This document shows positions 7,162-16,150 of a stretch of 28,046 nt of DNA, piece after piece. How positions within the stretch are numbered: the stretch's first letter is position 1; every line of letters begins with the position of its first letter. The notes under the pieces were generated by a model. It did no database searches and was not told where the DNA came from. It was given only the letters and a program-made list of their open reading frames with translations. Location: positions 1-28,046 of the forward strand of contig CALZFJ010000001.1 in the NCBI GenBank assembly GCA_945645715.1. Direction: 5' to 3'. Position numbers and translations under genes: made by a program. Origin of the DNA: an uncultured Prevotellaceae bacterium (GTDB taxonomy: Bacteria > Bacteroidota > Bacteroidia > Bacteroidales > Muribaculaceae).

Positions 7162-8430
7162 ATGATCGCCCTCGTAGATTGCAACAGCTTCTTCTGCTCG
7201 GTGGAAAAAGTGTTCCACCCCGGACTCAACGGCAAGCCGGTGTGCGTGCTGTCGAGCAACGACGGCTGCATCGTAGCGCTCACTCCCGAGGCTAAAGCCC
7301 TCGGGTTAAGCCGCGGAATGCCAGTCTTCAAGGTGCGCGACATCATCAATGCTCACAACGTACACATCTTCTCAGGAAATATGACCCTCTACGCCGCCAT
7401 GTCGCGACGCGTCACTGGCATTCTACGCAAAAGCATCGCCCACGTAGAAAACTACAGCATCGATGAGAGTTTCTGCTATCTCGATGGATACAACCGCATT
7501 GCTTCGCCCGAAAACTTCATGCGCGAGGTGGCGACACGAGTGCACCAATTCACCGACATTCCCGTGAGCGTAGGAATAGCACCATCGAAAACACTCGCAA
7601 AAATCGGCAGCAAATTCGCCAAAAAATATAAGGGCTACCGCTCCGTGTGCGTTATCGACACCGAAGCCAAGCGCCGCAAAGCACTCAGCTTGTCGAACCT
7701 CGACGACATCTGGGGCATCGGCCGCAGCACACGCGCCAAGCTCGCCTATCTCGGAGTGAACTCTCCGCTCGAATTTGCCGACAAACCCGAGGGCTGGGTG
7801 CGCACCCACTTCCATCTGCCCGGCATTCGCATGTGGCTGGAGCTAAACGGACACCCCTGCATCGACACTTCAGAGATTTTGCAGCGACAGACCATCTGCA
7901 CCAGCCGCAGCTTCGGCAATATGATTGGCGACATCAGCCACATGCGTGAATCGGTGGCGCACTTCGCCGCAAGCTGCGCCAACATTTTGCGCGGTCAAGG
8001 CTCTGTGGCAAGGCAAGTCACTGTGTTCATTCACAGCAACAGCTTCCGTGAAGACCTCAAGCAGCATGTGGGATTCGACACCATTCGGCTAAACGTCGCC
8101 ACTGCCGACACCATGGAGATTACTGCCGCTGCACTGAAAATCCTCGACAGCATATTCCATCAAGGAATTCTCTACAAAAAAGCCGGAGTGGAGCTGTCGG
8201 GAATCTCATCTGCCAACCCATGCCAGCTCCAGCTCTTCGACAGCGTGACAAACCGACGCGAACGAGCCTCGCTCATGAATACCATCGATGCTCTCAATCA
8301 CCGATATGGCATCAAAAGCCTTCATCTGGCAGCCGAGGGTGATGCCGCAAGCCCTTGGATGGTGAAGTGTGAGCATCGAAGCCGCAACTATCTCTCCGAC
8401 ATCAACGAAATCCTCACCGTGAAGATTTAA
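7162..8430 (+). CDS. umuC: Y-family translesion DNA polymerase, UmuC-like, with DUF4113-type C-terminal tail
   Basis: MIALVDCNSFFCS, VLSSNDGC, YSIDESF (catalytic Asp-Glu), SVGIAPSKTLAK, IWGIG and C-terminal PW..K..HRS..Y. Real start is taken as ATG 7162; the track's 7006 start overlaps umuD. Confidence 0.93.
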   Translation: MIALVDCNSFFCSVEKVFHPGLNGKPVCVLSSNDGCIVALTPEAKALGLSRGMPVFKVRDIINAHNVHIFSGNMTLYAAMSRRVTGILRKSIAHVENYSIDESFCYLDGYNRIASPENFMREVATRVHQFTDIPVSVGIAPSKTLAKIGSKFAKKYKGYRSVCVIDTEAKRRKALSLSNLDDIWGIGRSTRAKLAYLGVNSPLEFADKPEGWVRTHFHLPGIRMWLELNGHPCIDTSEILQRQTICTSRSFGNMIGDISHMRESVAHFAASCANILRGQGSVARQVTVFIHSNSFREDLKQHVGFDTIRLNVATADTMEITAAALKILDSIFHQGILYKKAGVELSGISSANPCQLQLFDSVTNRRERASLMNTIDALNHRYGIKSLHLAAEGDAASPWMVKCEHRSRNYLSDINEILTVKI

Positions 8431-8464
8431 TCATATTTAACTTTTACATCTCACACAAACGCCC

Positions 8465-8472
8465 TATCTTTG
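8465..8472 (+). promoter_or_regulatory. -7 promoter element for ssrA (TATCTTTG)
   Basis: TATCTTTGCA 25 nt upstream of the mature tmRNA 5' end. Confidence 0.75.
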
Positions 8473-8497
8473 CAATCCAATTCACACACAACAATAT

Positions 8498-8893
8498 GGG
8501 GGTGAATGGCTTTGACAGCGTGTAGAAGCGGTGTGTAAGCATGCAGAGCGATGATGGCTATGCTCTTTAATCTCAGACATCAAAAATTTAACTGGCGAAA
8601 ATAACTACGCTCTTGCTGCTTGATTGAAGTATAGTAGATCAGCTTAATCTCTGCCAAAGTGCGCAGAGACAAGACATCACCCGATTGCCCCGTTCCGAGA
8701 CGTTTCGATAAGGTGGTGCTAAGAAATTCGGAAATTGACCCGCATGCTCCTCGGTTGCGGGTTGAAATTTAGAGGATAAGTTTCAGGTTGGTAGTCGAGA
8801 TCCTGCCTGTTGCCGACAACCAAGTCACGACTAAGCATGTAGAAAGCCCATTGGTTCCGCGTTTGGACGAGGGTTCAAACCCCTCCACCTCCA
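8498..8893 (+). ncRNA. ssrA: Transfer-messenger RNA, tag peptide (A)GENNYALAA*
   Basis: 5' GGGGGTG pairs with CACCTCC (8886-8892) including the G3-U alanine determinant; T-arm GAGGGTTCAAACCCCTC; tag frame GGC GAA AAT AAC TAC GCT CTT GCT GCT TGA at 8594-8623; 396 nt. The discriminator A is followed by CAA, so CCA is not fully encoded. Confidence 0.96.
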
Positions 8894-8900
8894 CAACAAT

Positions 8901-8937
8901 AAAAGGAAGGAAATCACCACGATTCCCTTCCTTTTTT
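8901..8937. terminator. Bidirectional intrinsic terminator between ssrA and the LptF/G gene
   Basis: AAAAGGAAGG (8901-8910)/CCTTCCTTTT (8926-8935) plus an AATC/GATT inner stem; T-run on + and A-run on the other side. Confidence 0.85.
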
Positions 8938-9006
8938 ATATCTTCATGCTTAGCAACCTGAGAATCAGCGACTTAATTGCGACAACGGTGCGCCACAAGC
9001 GCCTCT

Positions 9007-10170
9007 TTATATCGAGGCCCGGCGGTATAGGTATATGGCAATAAAGGTGTAGATGAAATTCGGTATCCACATCGCCACAAATGGCGACGTATAGCCCGAC
9101 ACCGCAAACGACGACGTCACCGTAGAGAACAGAATGTAGGAGAAACTCAGCAGCAAGCCTATACCTATGTTAATTCCCATGCCACCCTTCACCTTGCGCG
9201 ACGAGAGCGACATGCCTATCACCGTGAGGATAAATGCCGCACCGGTCATGGCATAGCGTTTCTCAAGCTCTATCTCAAAGTTCTTGATATTTGCCACGCC
9301 ACGCTCCTTCTGGCGGTTGATATAGGTCTTCAGTTGCTCGTTGGTGAGCGTTTCTTGGTCGTTCTTCGAGATAAGGAAGTCGCGAGGCTCCATTTCAATG
9401 ATGGTATCCATCTGCGACCCGCGGCGTATCGACTCACGCAGCCCCTTGAAGTCACGTATCACATAATCCTTGATTGTCCACTTATAGAGTGTGTCGTAGG
9501 TAATCGACTGTGCAGTGAGGCGCGATTTCATCACCTTGTTCTCAAATTTTTCAAGCGAAAACTTATAGCCGTTTTTCGACACATTGTCGTAGCGCGACAT
9601 GTAGGCAATCACTCCCGGTGCCACCTGCAGCTGTATGTTAGTGCCATATTCCACCTTCTTGTTGCTCACCCACTTGTTGGTATATTCTATTCGCTTCACA
9701 TTGGCTGGCGGAATCACATAGGCTGCCAGCACGAACGAAAACGCCGCGATTATCGCTGCCGACACAAGATAAGGCACCATCAGTCGCCGGAAGCTGATTC
9801 CGCTCGACAGCATCGCGATAATCTCGGAGTTGTCGGCAAGTTTCGACGTGAAGAATATCACCGCAATAAAAGTGAACAGAGGGCTGAACTGATTGGCAAA
9901 GTACGGCAAGAAGTTCATGAAGTAGTCGAAAACCGTCTCCTTCAGCGGAGCCGAGAGCATTGCATCAAGCTTCTCGTTGATGTCAAACATCACCACAATG
10001 GCAAGAAGCAGCACGATTGAGAACACATACGACCCCAAGAACTTGCGTATGATGTAGAGGTCGAATGTCTTCACCAGCGGCTTACGCAGCTTCTTGGGCT
10101 GCACTGCCACATTCTCAGCGGTAGCGGCATTGCTATCGGCAGTATTCTTTTTCTTGAAGAATCTCATCAT
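9007..10170 (-). CDS. LptF/LptG (YjgP/YjgQ) family LPS export permease
   Basis: DLYIIRKFL N-terminus, TSKLADNSEIIAMLSSGIS motif, six TM helices around a periplasmic beta domain, C-terminal AMWIPN. Confidence 0.92.
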   Translation of the reverse strand: MMRFFKKKNTADSNAATAENVAVQPKKLRKPLVKTFDLYIIRKFLGSYVFSIVLLLAIVVMFDINEKLDAMLSAPLKETVFDYFMNFLPYFANQFSPLFTFIAVIFFTSKLADNSEIIAMLSSGISFRRLMVPYLVSAAIIAAFSFVLAAYVIPPANVKRIEYTNKWVSNKKVEYGTNIQLQVAPGVIAYMSRYDNVSKNGYKFSLEKFENKVMKSRLTAQSITYDTLYKWTIKDYVIRDFKGLRESIRRGSQMDTIIEMEPRDFLISKNDQETLTNEQLKTYINRQKERGVANIKNFEIELEKRYAMTGAAFILTVIGMSLSSRKVKGGMGINIGIGLLLSFSYILFSTVTSSFAVSGYTSPFVAMWIPNFIYTFIAIYLYRRASI

Positions 10171-10193
10171 TCTCGTTCTTAAAGTGTACTTTA

Positions 10194-11324
10194 CTATAGG
10201 CGGCGCGTCACATTCACCACCATCTCATCTTTCCATGCCTTGAAGTCGCCTGCAATGATGTGCCGACGAGCCTCCTTCACAAGCCACAGATAGAAGGCAA
10301 GATTGTGTATGCTCGCAATCTGCATAGCAAGCAGTTCCTGGCTCACAAAGAGGTGGCGCAAATAAGCCTTGCTATACACATGGTCCACCATCGACGGTCC
10401 ATCTTCCTGAATCGGAGAGAAATCATCAGCCCACTTCTTGTTACGCATGTTCATTATGCCGTGGCGAGTGAAAAGCATACCGTTGCGGCCGTTGCGCGTA
10501 GGCATCACGCAATCCATCATATCCACACCACGCTCAATGGCTTCAAGAATATTTGCAGGCGTACCCACGCCCATCAAGTATCGGGGTTTGTCGGTAGGTA
10601 GTATCTCATTCACCACCTCAATCATCTCATACATCTTCTCAGCCGGCTCGCCCACCGCAAGTCCGCCAATAGCATTGCCATCGGCACCAAGCGATGCCAC
10701 AAACTCCGCCGACTGGCGGCGAAGGTCGGGATAAACACACCCCTGAACAATCGGGAAATAAGCCTGTGAGTAGCCATACAGCCCCTCAGTCTCCTTGTAG
10801 CGCTTCCAGCCACGCTCAAGCCATCGATGCGTCAGCGCGAGCGACTTGCGAGCATACTCATAGTCGCTTTTCCCCGACGGACACTCGTCAAGTGCCATCA
10901 TTATGTCACTGCCAATGATGCGCTGAATATCCACCACACCCTCAGGTGTAAACAGGTGCTTAGAGCCATCGATATGGCTACGGAAGTAGGCACCCTCCTC
11001 CTTCAGTTTGCGGTTAGCCGACAGCGAAAACACCTGGAAACCGCCACTATCTGTGAGAATCGGGCGTTTCCAGCCATTGAACTTATGCAATCCACCGGCT
11101 TTCCCGATAATTTCCATACCGGGACGCAGATATAGGTGATATGTGTTACCCAAGATGATTTGGGCCTTTATGTCGTCTTCAAGCTCATGAAAATGCACAC
11201 CCTTCACTGAGCCTACAGTGCCCACAGGCATGAAAATCGGAGTCTCGATTTCGCCGTGAGCAGTAGTAATCAGTCCGGCACGTGCATTGCACGCCTTGTC
11301 AGTAGCTAATAGCTTGTAATCCAT
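10194..11324 (-). CDS. tgt: tRNA-guanine transglycosylase
   Basis: TPIFMPVGT, LGNTYHL, LTDSGGFQVFSL, LDEC, IVQG, GGLAVGE, YLMGVG, DCVMPTRNGRNG. Confidence 0.97.
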   Translation of the reverse strand: MDYKLLATDKACNARAGLITTAHGEIETPIFMPVGTVGSVKGVHFHELEDDIKAQIILGNTYHLYLRPGMEIIGKAGGLHKFNGWKRPILTDSGGFQVFSLSANRKLKEEGAYFRSHIDGSKHLFTPEGVVDIQRIIGSDIMMALDECPSGKSDYEYARKSLALTHRWLERGWKRYKETEGLYGYSQAYFPIVQGCVYPDLRRQSAEFVASLGADGNAIGGLAVGEPAEKMYEMIEVVNEILPTDKPRYLMGVGTPANILEAIERGVDMMDCVMPTRNGRNGMLFTRHGIMNMRNKKWADDFSPIQEDGPSMVDHVYSKAYLRHLFVSQELLAMQIASIHNLAFYLWLVKEARRHIIAGDFKAWKDEMVVNVTRRL

Positions 11325-11355
11325 CGAATGTCGCTTTCTAAGAATATATTTCTTG

Positions 11356-11394
11356 CAAAGTTACATAAAATCTCGCAGATTATATGTAAATTTG
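11356..11394. promoter_or_regulatory. Back-to-back -7 elements for tgt (minus, 11363-11356 TAACTTTG) and the esterase (plus, 11387-11394 TAAATTTG)
   Basis: Two exact TAnnTTTG matches on opposite strands, 23 bp apart. Confidence 0.7.
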
Positions 11395-11416
11395 CCCTCA
11401 TATAAAACAACAATTT

Positions 11417-12289
11417 ATGAAAACTTTTTTCCTACACCTTGCTATCGCGCTGGGAATGGCTTCTTTTTGCGCCACTTCACTCTCAGCTCAGAATGTGATT
11501 GATGATTCGGTGAAGATTGATGGCGCAATGCGTCACTTCAAGATGATTATGCCCGAAGGGCTGTCGGCCGGTGCGCCTCTTGTGATGGTATGCCACGGCT
11601 ATGGCAATCCCGGAAAAGCGAAAACTTGGATGAACCGCTCGGCTGTGAAGCACCGGTTTGCGGTGTGCGTTGCTCAAGGGCTGAAAGACTCTAAGGGAAA
11701 ACACAGCTGGAACGTGGGCTATCCCTCACAGTTGGGGTGGAAGGTCGATGACGTCAGTGCAGTGTGCAAACTCGCAAAGCATGTACAGAAGAAATATAGC
11801 CTCAGTGCCGACAACACATTCCTCACCGGAATGTCGAATGGCGGTGACCTTTGCTATCTCATGGCTCACTCAAAGCAAACCACATTCAAGGCTTTTGCGT
11901 CGCTTGCCGGCCAGCTGATGTATCCTTTCTATGAGAACATGAAGATAGAGCACCCCGTGCCATTCCTCGAAATCCACGGAACTGCCGATGTGCTTTCGCG
12001 CTGGACGGGCGATATGAAAAACGCAGACGGCTGGGGTATCTACGTCCCCGTACCTATTGCAGCCTCAAAAATCATCAGTGCCAACCACTGCACCGAAATA
12101 AAACTCGACACAATGGCTGTTGCCAACGCAGAGCTTAACAGCCGCGTAATAAAAATGAAATTCAGCAACCCCGACAACAAAACCGACATGTGGCTCTACA
12201 AAGTGGAAAACGCACCACACTGCTGGTTTGAAAAATACATGAACACCGGCGAAGAGGTCTGGTCGTTCTTCTCCCGCTACCTCCACTAA
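11417..12289 (+). CDS. Secreted alpha/beta-hydrolase, LpqC/PHB-depolymerase-like esterase
   Basis: Signal peptide ending SLSA-Q; CHGYG oxyanion region, nucleophile elbow GMSNGG, IHGTAD (Asp), APHCW (His). Substrate is not determinable from the sequence. Confidence 0.8.
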   Translation: MKTFFLHLAIALGMASFCATSLSAQNVIDDSVKIDGAMRHFKMIMPEGLSAGAPLVMVCHGYGNPGKAKTWMNRSAVKHRFAVCVAQGLKDSKGKHSWNVGYPSQLGWKVDDVSAVCKLAKHVQKKYSLSADNTFLTGMSNGGDLCYLMAHSKQTTFKAFASLAGQLMYPFYENMKIEHPVPFLEIHGTADVLSRWTGDMKNADGWGIYVPVPIAASKIISANHCTEIKLDTMAVANAELNSRVIKMKFSNPDNKTDMWLYKVENAPHCWFEKYMNTGEEVWSFFSRYLH

Positions 12290-12323
12290 AAAAGTAAACT
12301 CAAAAACTTTTCCAAAAACCTAA

Positions 12324-12366
12324 AAAAATAGGGTGCGCCACATTGATTGCGACGCACCCTATTTTT
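12324..12366. terminator. Bidirectional intrinsic terminator between the esterase and tkt
   Basis: 14-bp inverted repeat AAAAATAGGGTGCG (12324-12337)/CGCACCCTATTTTT (12353-12366). Confidence 0.9.
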
Positions 12367-12454
12367 ATATTCTTTTCTTACTCTGTAACTCGCGCCGGGT
12401 GCAATGCGGGCATTATTGCCCGAATACATTCACCTCAGCGGCAATATGCGATGT

Positions 12455-14485
12455 TTACTTGCCGATGAATTTCTTCACTTCGGCGGCGATGTTCGGAGCG
12501 TTGTAGCCGAATTTCTCATCAAGCACAGTGTAGGGGGCTGATGCTCCGAAGTGGTCGAGTCCGTAAACCTTGCCGTTTACGCCTACCACGGTGAAGAGCA
12601 CTGATGGAAGTCCGGCTGTGAGTCCGAAGATCGGCTTGTCGGCAGGAATTACCGATTTGCGATATTCCGCGCTCTGACGCTTGAAGAGTCCGATCGATGG
12701 CATCGAAACGATGCGACACTTGATGCCCTCCTCCTTCAGCAACTGCGATGCACCATAAAGCGTGCCTACTTCCGAGCCGTTACCAACAAGTACCACATCG
12801 GGGTTCTCGTCATCGAGCACCACATAGCCACCCTTCTCCATCTGGAGAGCTTCGGTGTAGCGGTCGCCGTTCATTGCAGGAATGTCGGTCACATTCTGGC
12901 GCGAGAGAATCAAGCCGGTTGGCGAGGTAGTGTTTTCCATCGCCATCTTCCATGCCACGGTAGTTTCGGCTGCGTCGGCGGGACGTAGCACAAGCATACT
13001 GTTCTGTCCGTTCTTGTTCTGGATTTCCTCAAGCAGACGAATCTGTGCTTCCTGCTCAACAGGCTCGTGTGTAGGTCCGTCCTCTCCCACGCGGAATGCG
13101 TCGTGCGTCCAGACGAACTTCACCGGCAAGCACATCAGTGCCGACATACGGATTACCGGCTTCATATAGTCGGAGAACACGAAGAATGTGCCGCAAGCCG
13201 CTTCCATTGCGCCATGGAGCACGATGCCATTCATAATAGCAGCCATCGTAAGCTCTGAAACTCCGGCGTGCAGGAATGCACCCTTGAAGTCGCGCGGAGC
13301 TAATGCACCGGTCTTCTTGAGGAACGCGTCGGTCTTGTCGCTGTTGGCAAGGTCGGCCGATGATACTATCATATTGCCCACTTTCTCTCCCAGCACCGAG
13401 AGTACGTCGGCTGAGTAGTTGCGTGTAGGCTGGTTTGCCTTGTGCGGAATTGCCGCATAGTCGATTGCCGGCACTTCTCCGTCGATGTAGCTCTTGAGCT
13501 GTGCCCACTTCTCGGGATTCTGCTTCTTCCACTCATCTTGTGCAGTCTTGCGCTCGGCTACTATCTTGCGAAGCTCCTCGTTGCGGCGGGCATAAAGTTC
13601 CTTCACGTCGTCCCACACAATCCAAGGATTCTCGGCGTTACCGCCAAGGTTCTCAATGGTCTTTTCGTAGCTGGCACCCGACTTGCTGAGCGGACAGCCG
13701 TGAGTGCTGCACTTGCCCTCGAAGTTCTCACCGTCAGCAGTCACGCAACCCTTGCCCATAATGGTCTTGCCGATGATGAGCGTGGGGCGCTTCTTCTCGG
13801 CGTGCGCCGAGTCGATTGCTGCGCAGATTGCAGCAGGGTCAGTGCCGTCGATCATCATCACCTTCCAGTTCCATGCGCGGTACTTTGTGGCAGTATCCTC
13901 AAGCGACACCTCGTTGCAGTCGGTCGAGAGCTGCACGTCGTTGCTGTCGTAGAACATGATGAGGTTGTTCAATCCCAAGAAGCCGGCAATACGTCCTGCA
14001 CCTTGCGAAATCTCCTCCTGGATGCCGCCGTCGGAGATAAAGGCATAGGTCTTGTGCGACCACACCTCACCAAAACGCTCGGCAAGGAAACGCTCGGCTA
14101 TTGCCGCTCCCACGCCAAACACATGGCCTTGGCCAAGCGGACCCGAAGTGTTCTCGATGCCACGCATCACGTCGCGCTCAGGGTGACCGGGAGTCACGCT
14201 GCCCCACTGGCGGAAATCCTTTAGCTCGTCGATAGTGTACTTGCCCGTAAGCGCAAGCACCGAATAGAGCATCGGCGACATGTGGCCCGGGTCGAGGAAG
14301 AAGCGATCGCGCGAAATCCACATCGGGTCATCGGGATCGGTAATCAGATATTTTGAATAAAGCACATTCACGAAGTCAGCTCCACCCATCGAGCCTCCGG
14401 GGTGACCCGACTTTGCTTTCTCCACCATTGCGGCAGTAAGAATTCTGACGTTGTCAGCAGCCTTATCAAAAATACTCTTTTGCAT
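12455..14485 (-). CDS. tkt: Transketolase
   Basis: SGHPGG, DRFFLDPGH, GHPE, SGPLGQG, TPP motif SDGGIQE..N, GEDGPTHEP. ATG at 14485 (MQKS) is preferred over the upstream TTG at 14509. Confidence 0.97.
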   Translation of the reverse strand: MQKSIFDKAADNVRILTAAMVEKAKSGHPGGSMGGADFVNVLYSKYLITDPDDPMWISRDRFFLDPGHMSPMLYSVLALTGKYTIDELKDFRQWGSVTPGHPERDVMRGIENTSGPLGQGHVFGVGAAIAERFLAERFGEVWSHKTYAFISDGGIQEEISQGAGRIAGFLGLNNLIMFYDSNDVQLSTDCNEVSLEDTATKYRAWNWKVMMIDGTDPAAICAAIDSAHAEKKRPTLIIGKTIMGKGCVTADGENFEGKCSTHGCPLSKSGASYEKTIENLGGNAENPWIVWDDVKELYARRNEELRKIVAERKTAQDEWKKQNPEKWAQLKSYIDGEVPAIDYAAIPHKANQPTRNYSADVLSVLGEKVGNMIVSSADLANSDKTDAFLKKTGALAPRDFKGAFLHAGVSELTMAAIMNGIVLHGAMEAACGTFFVFSDYMKPVIRMSALMCLPVKFVWTHDAFRVGEDGPTHEPVEQEAQIRLLEEIQNKNGQNSMLVLRPADAAETTVAWKMAMENTTSPTGLILSRQNVTDIPAMNGDRYTEALQMEKGGYVVLDDENPDVVLVGNGSEVGTLYGASQLLKEEGIKCRIVSMPSIGLFKRQSAEYRKSVIPADKPIFGLTAGLPSVLFTVVGVNGKVYGLDHFGASAPYTVLDEKFGYNAPNIAAEVKKFIGK

Positions 14486-14625
14486 AATTATGATTATTTT
14501 ATTCAACAAATCGATTTATTCCACGAAGATAGTGCAAAATTTCGGTTTTCACAAATCTATCGGAAATTTTCACCCATAATCACGGTTCATTCTTATAAAA
14601 TCACATGACTTTCATCTATCAAAGC

Positions 14626-14661
14626 ACAATGCCCCGGCACTCTCGGTGCAGGGGCATTGTG
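14626..14661 (-). terminator. Probable terminator hairpin downstream of the MFS gene
   Basis: CACAATGCCCC/GGGGCATTGTG 11-bp stem plus a GCAC/GTGC inner stem; the T-run is short (TTT on the minus strand). Confidence 0.6.
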
Positions 14662-14702
14662 TATTCTTATCTATTACCCGGCTAAATGCCGTGCATTTTC
14701 AT

Positions 14703-15953
14703 TCACTTCTTTGCAGGCTTAGATCCTATGAATGCGTAGAACATGATGTATGCTGCGCAAAGCAACGGAATGAAGTAGCTGGTGAGGTAGCTGCCGGTGA
14801 GATCGACAACGTAGGCCTGGATTGCTACCATCACTGCGCAACCAAATACCATGGTCATGAAGATACCCGATGCAGCTGCTGTGTATTTGCCAAGTCCTTC
14901 AACTGCCATGTTGAAGATACCTCCCCACATCACCGAAGTGCAAAGTCCCACAAGAATGAATGCAGCTACTCCTACAGGAACTTCCACCCAAATCATGCTC
15001 AAGTTTGCCCAATCCACGCCGGGAACATTCACTTTCAAAGTGTCGGGAGCAAACATTCCGAAGGCGATGAGTGCGATTGCTACGGCGGCTGTTGTTCCAA
15101 CCATTGCACGGCTCGATACCTTACCACCGATTGCTCCACCTACCGAACGACCGATGAACATTGCAAACCAGTAAACTGCAGCGATAAGTGTTGCCACACC
15201 GGCTGCAACTCCTGCATCTTGTGTAAGATACTTAATCATATAAGTAGGAGTACCAACCTCAACCGACATATAGAGGAAGATGGCAAGTGCTCCAAGTGCG
15301 AAATGACGATGCTTCAATGCACCTGTGATAAGCTCTGCCTTCACCGGCTCCTGCTTAGGCTCTTCCACCTTAGTGAAGAGAAGCACCACAAATGCAGCTG
15401 CAAAGATTGCAAGTGCAATATACATTGCCGGAGCAGCATCTACGATAGCAGTTTCCTTTGTAACCTCACCGATGAGAGCACCAAGAATGATATATACAGC
15501 TACTGCAGCTGCGCTATTGAATGCGCCACCAATCTGGATAAGCTGGTTTCCGCTGTTACCGCCACCACCAAGCACATTGAGGAGCGGATTAACTACGGTG
15601 TTGAGCATACACATGCAGAATCCGCTGATGAATGCACCTGCAAGATAAATCCACATGCTTTCCATTGTTCCCGAAAGCAGCTCAAGCACCATTCCTATAA
15701 TTCCCACGATGAGTGCAAGCAAAGCTGTCTTCTTATAGCCGAACTTCACGATAAGCATACCCGATGGGATTCCCATCACAAGATAAGCCACAAAGTTGGC
15801 ATAGTTACCGATTTGTGATTGAAGCTCCGAAGCTCCGAATTGGTTTTGTACGATCACTGCCATCGGTGAGCAAAGGTTGGTCACGAAGGCAATCATAGCG
15901 AATAGGGCAATCATCATGATTATCGCTGCCCACTGTTTCGATTTTTGTGCCAT
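14703..15953 (-). CDS. MFS sugar transporter, FucP/GluP-like
   Basis: 12 hydrophobic segments; GMLIVKFGYKKT loop motif; LNTVVNPLLNVLG...GNQLIQIGGAFNS and FLYMSVEVG resemble the fucose/glucose-galactose permease family. Confidence 0.88.
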   Translation of the reverse strand: MAQKSKQWAAIIMMIALFAMIAFVTNLCSPMAVIVQNQFGASELQSQIGNYANFVAYLVMGIPSGMLIVKFGYKKTALLALIVGIIGMVLELLSGTMESMWIYLAGAFISGFCMCMLNTVVNPLLNVLGGGGNSGNQLIQIGGAFNSAAAVAVYIILGALIGEVTKETAIVDAAPAMYIALAIFAAAFVVLLFTKVEEPKQEPVKAELITGALKHRHFALGALAIFLYMSVEVGTPTYMIKYLTQDAGVAAGVATLIAAVYWFAMFIGRSVGGAIGGKVSSRAMVGTTAAVAIALIAFGMFAPDTLKVNVPGVDWANLSMIWVEVPVGVAAFILVGLCTSVMWGGIFNMAVEGLGKYTAAASGIFMTMVFGCAVMVAIQAYVVDLTGSYLTSYFIPLLCAAYIMFYAFIGSKPAKK

Positions 15954-16150
15954 TAGTTTAAATTTTAGTTATAGTTTTGATATTTAGTTAATTTGTTTTC
16001 TATCAAAAATCCCTTTTGATGACAAACCGGCATTTCGTTCTCTTAGTGTCATCATCAAAAGTCAAGGCTTAATTCCGTAAGCATCGGTAAAGGTAGTAAT
16101 TATTTTTGAAAAAACGCGCACTTTTATTCCAAAATTTCTATATCACACTT

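Noticed and set aside
4029-8430. DUF5074-umuDC block as a mobile element or prophage remnant next to tmRNA
   Set aside because: No integrase, transposase, terminal repeats or downstream att copy; it lies 5' of ssrA. It may be accessory, but mobility is unsupported.
8976-8997. GGTGCGCCACA and ATTGCGAC shared, in swapped order, with the terminator at 12332-12353
   Set aside because: Only short matches with non-collinear order and no third copy seen; insufficient for a repeat family.
14646-15818. 390-aa ORF antisense to the MFS gene, plus similar antisense ORFs over prs, lptF/G, tkt, the NSS genes and GH13
   Set aside because: Shadow ORFs from codon bias on the opposite strand; no recognisable motifs and odd Cys/His-rich composition.
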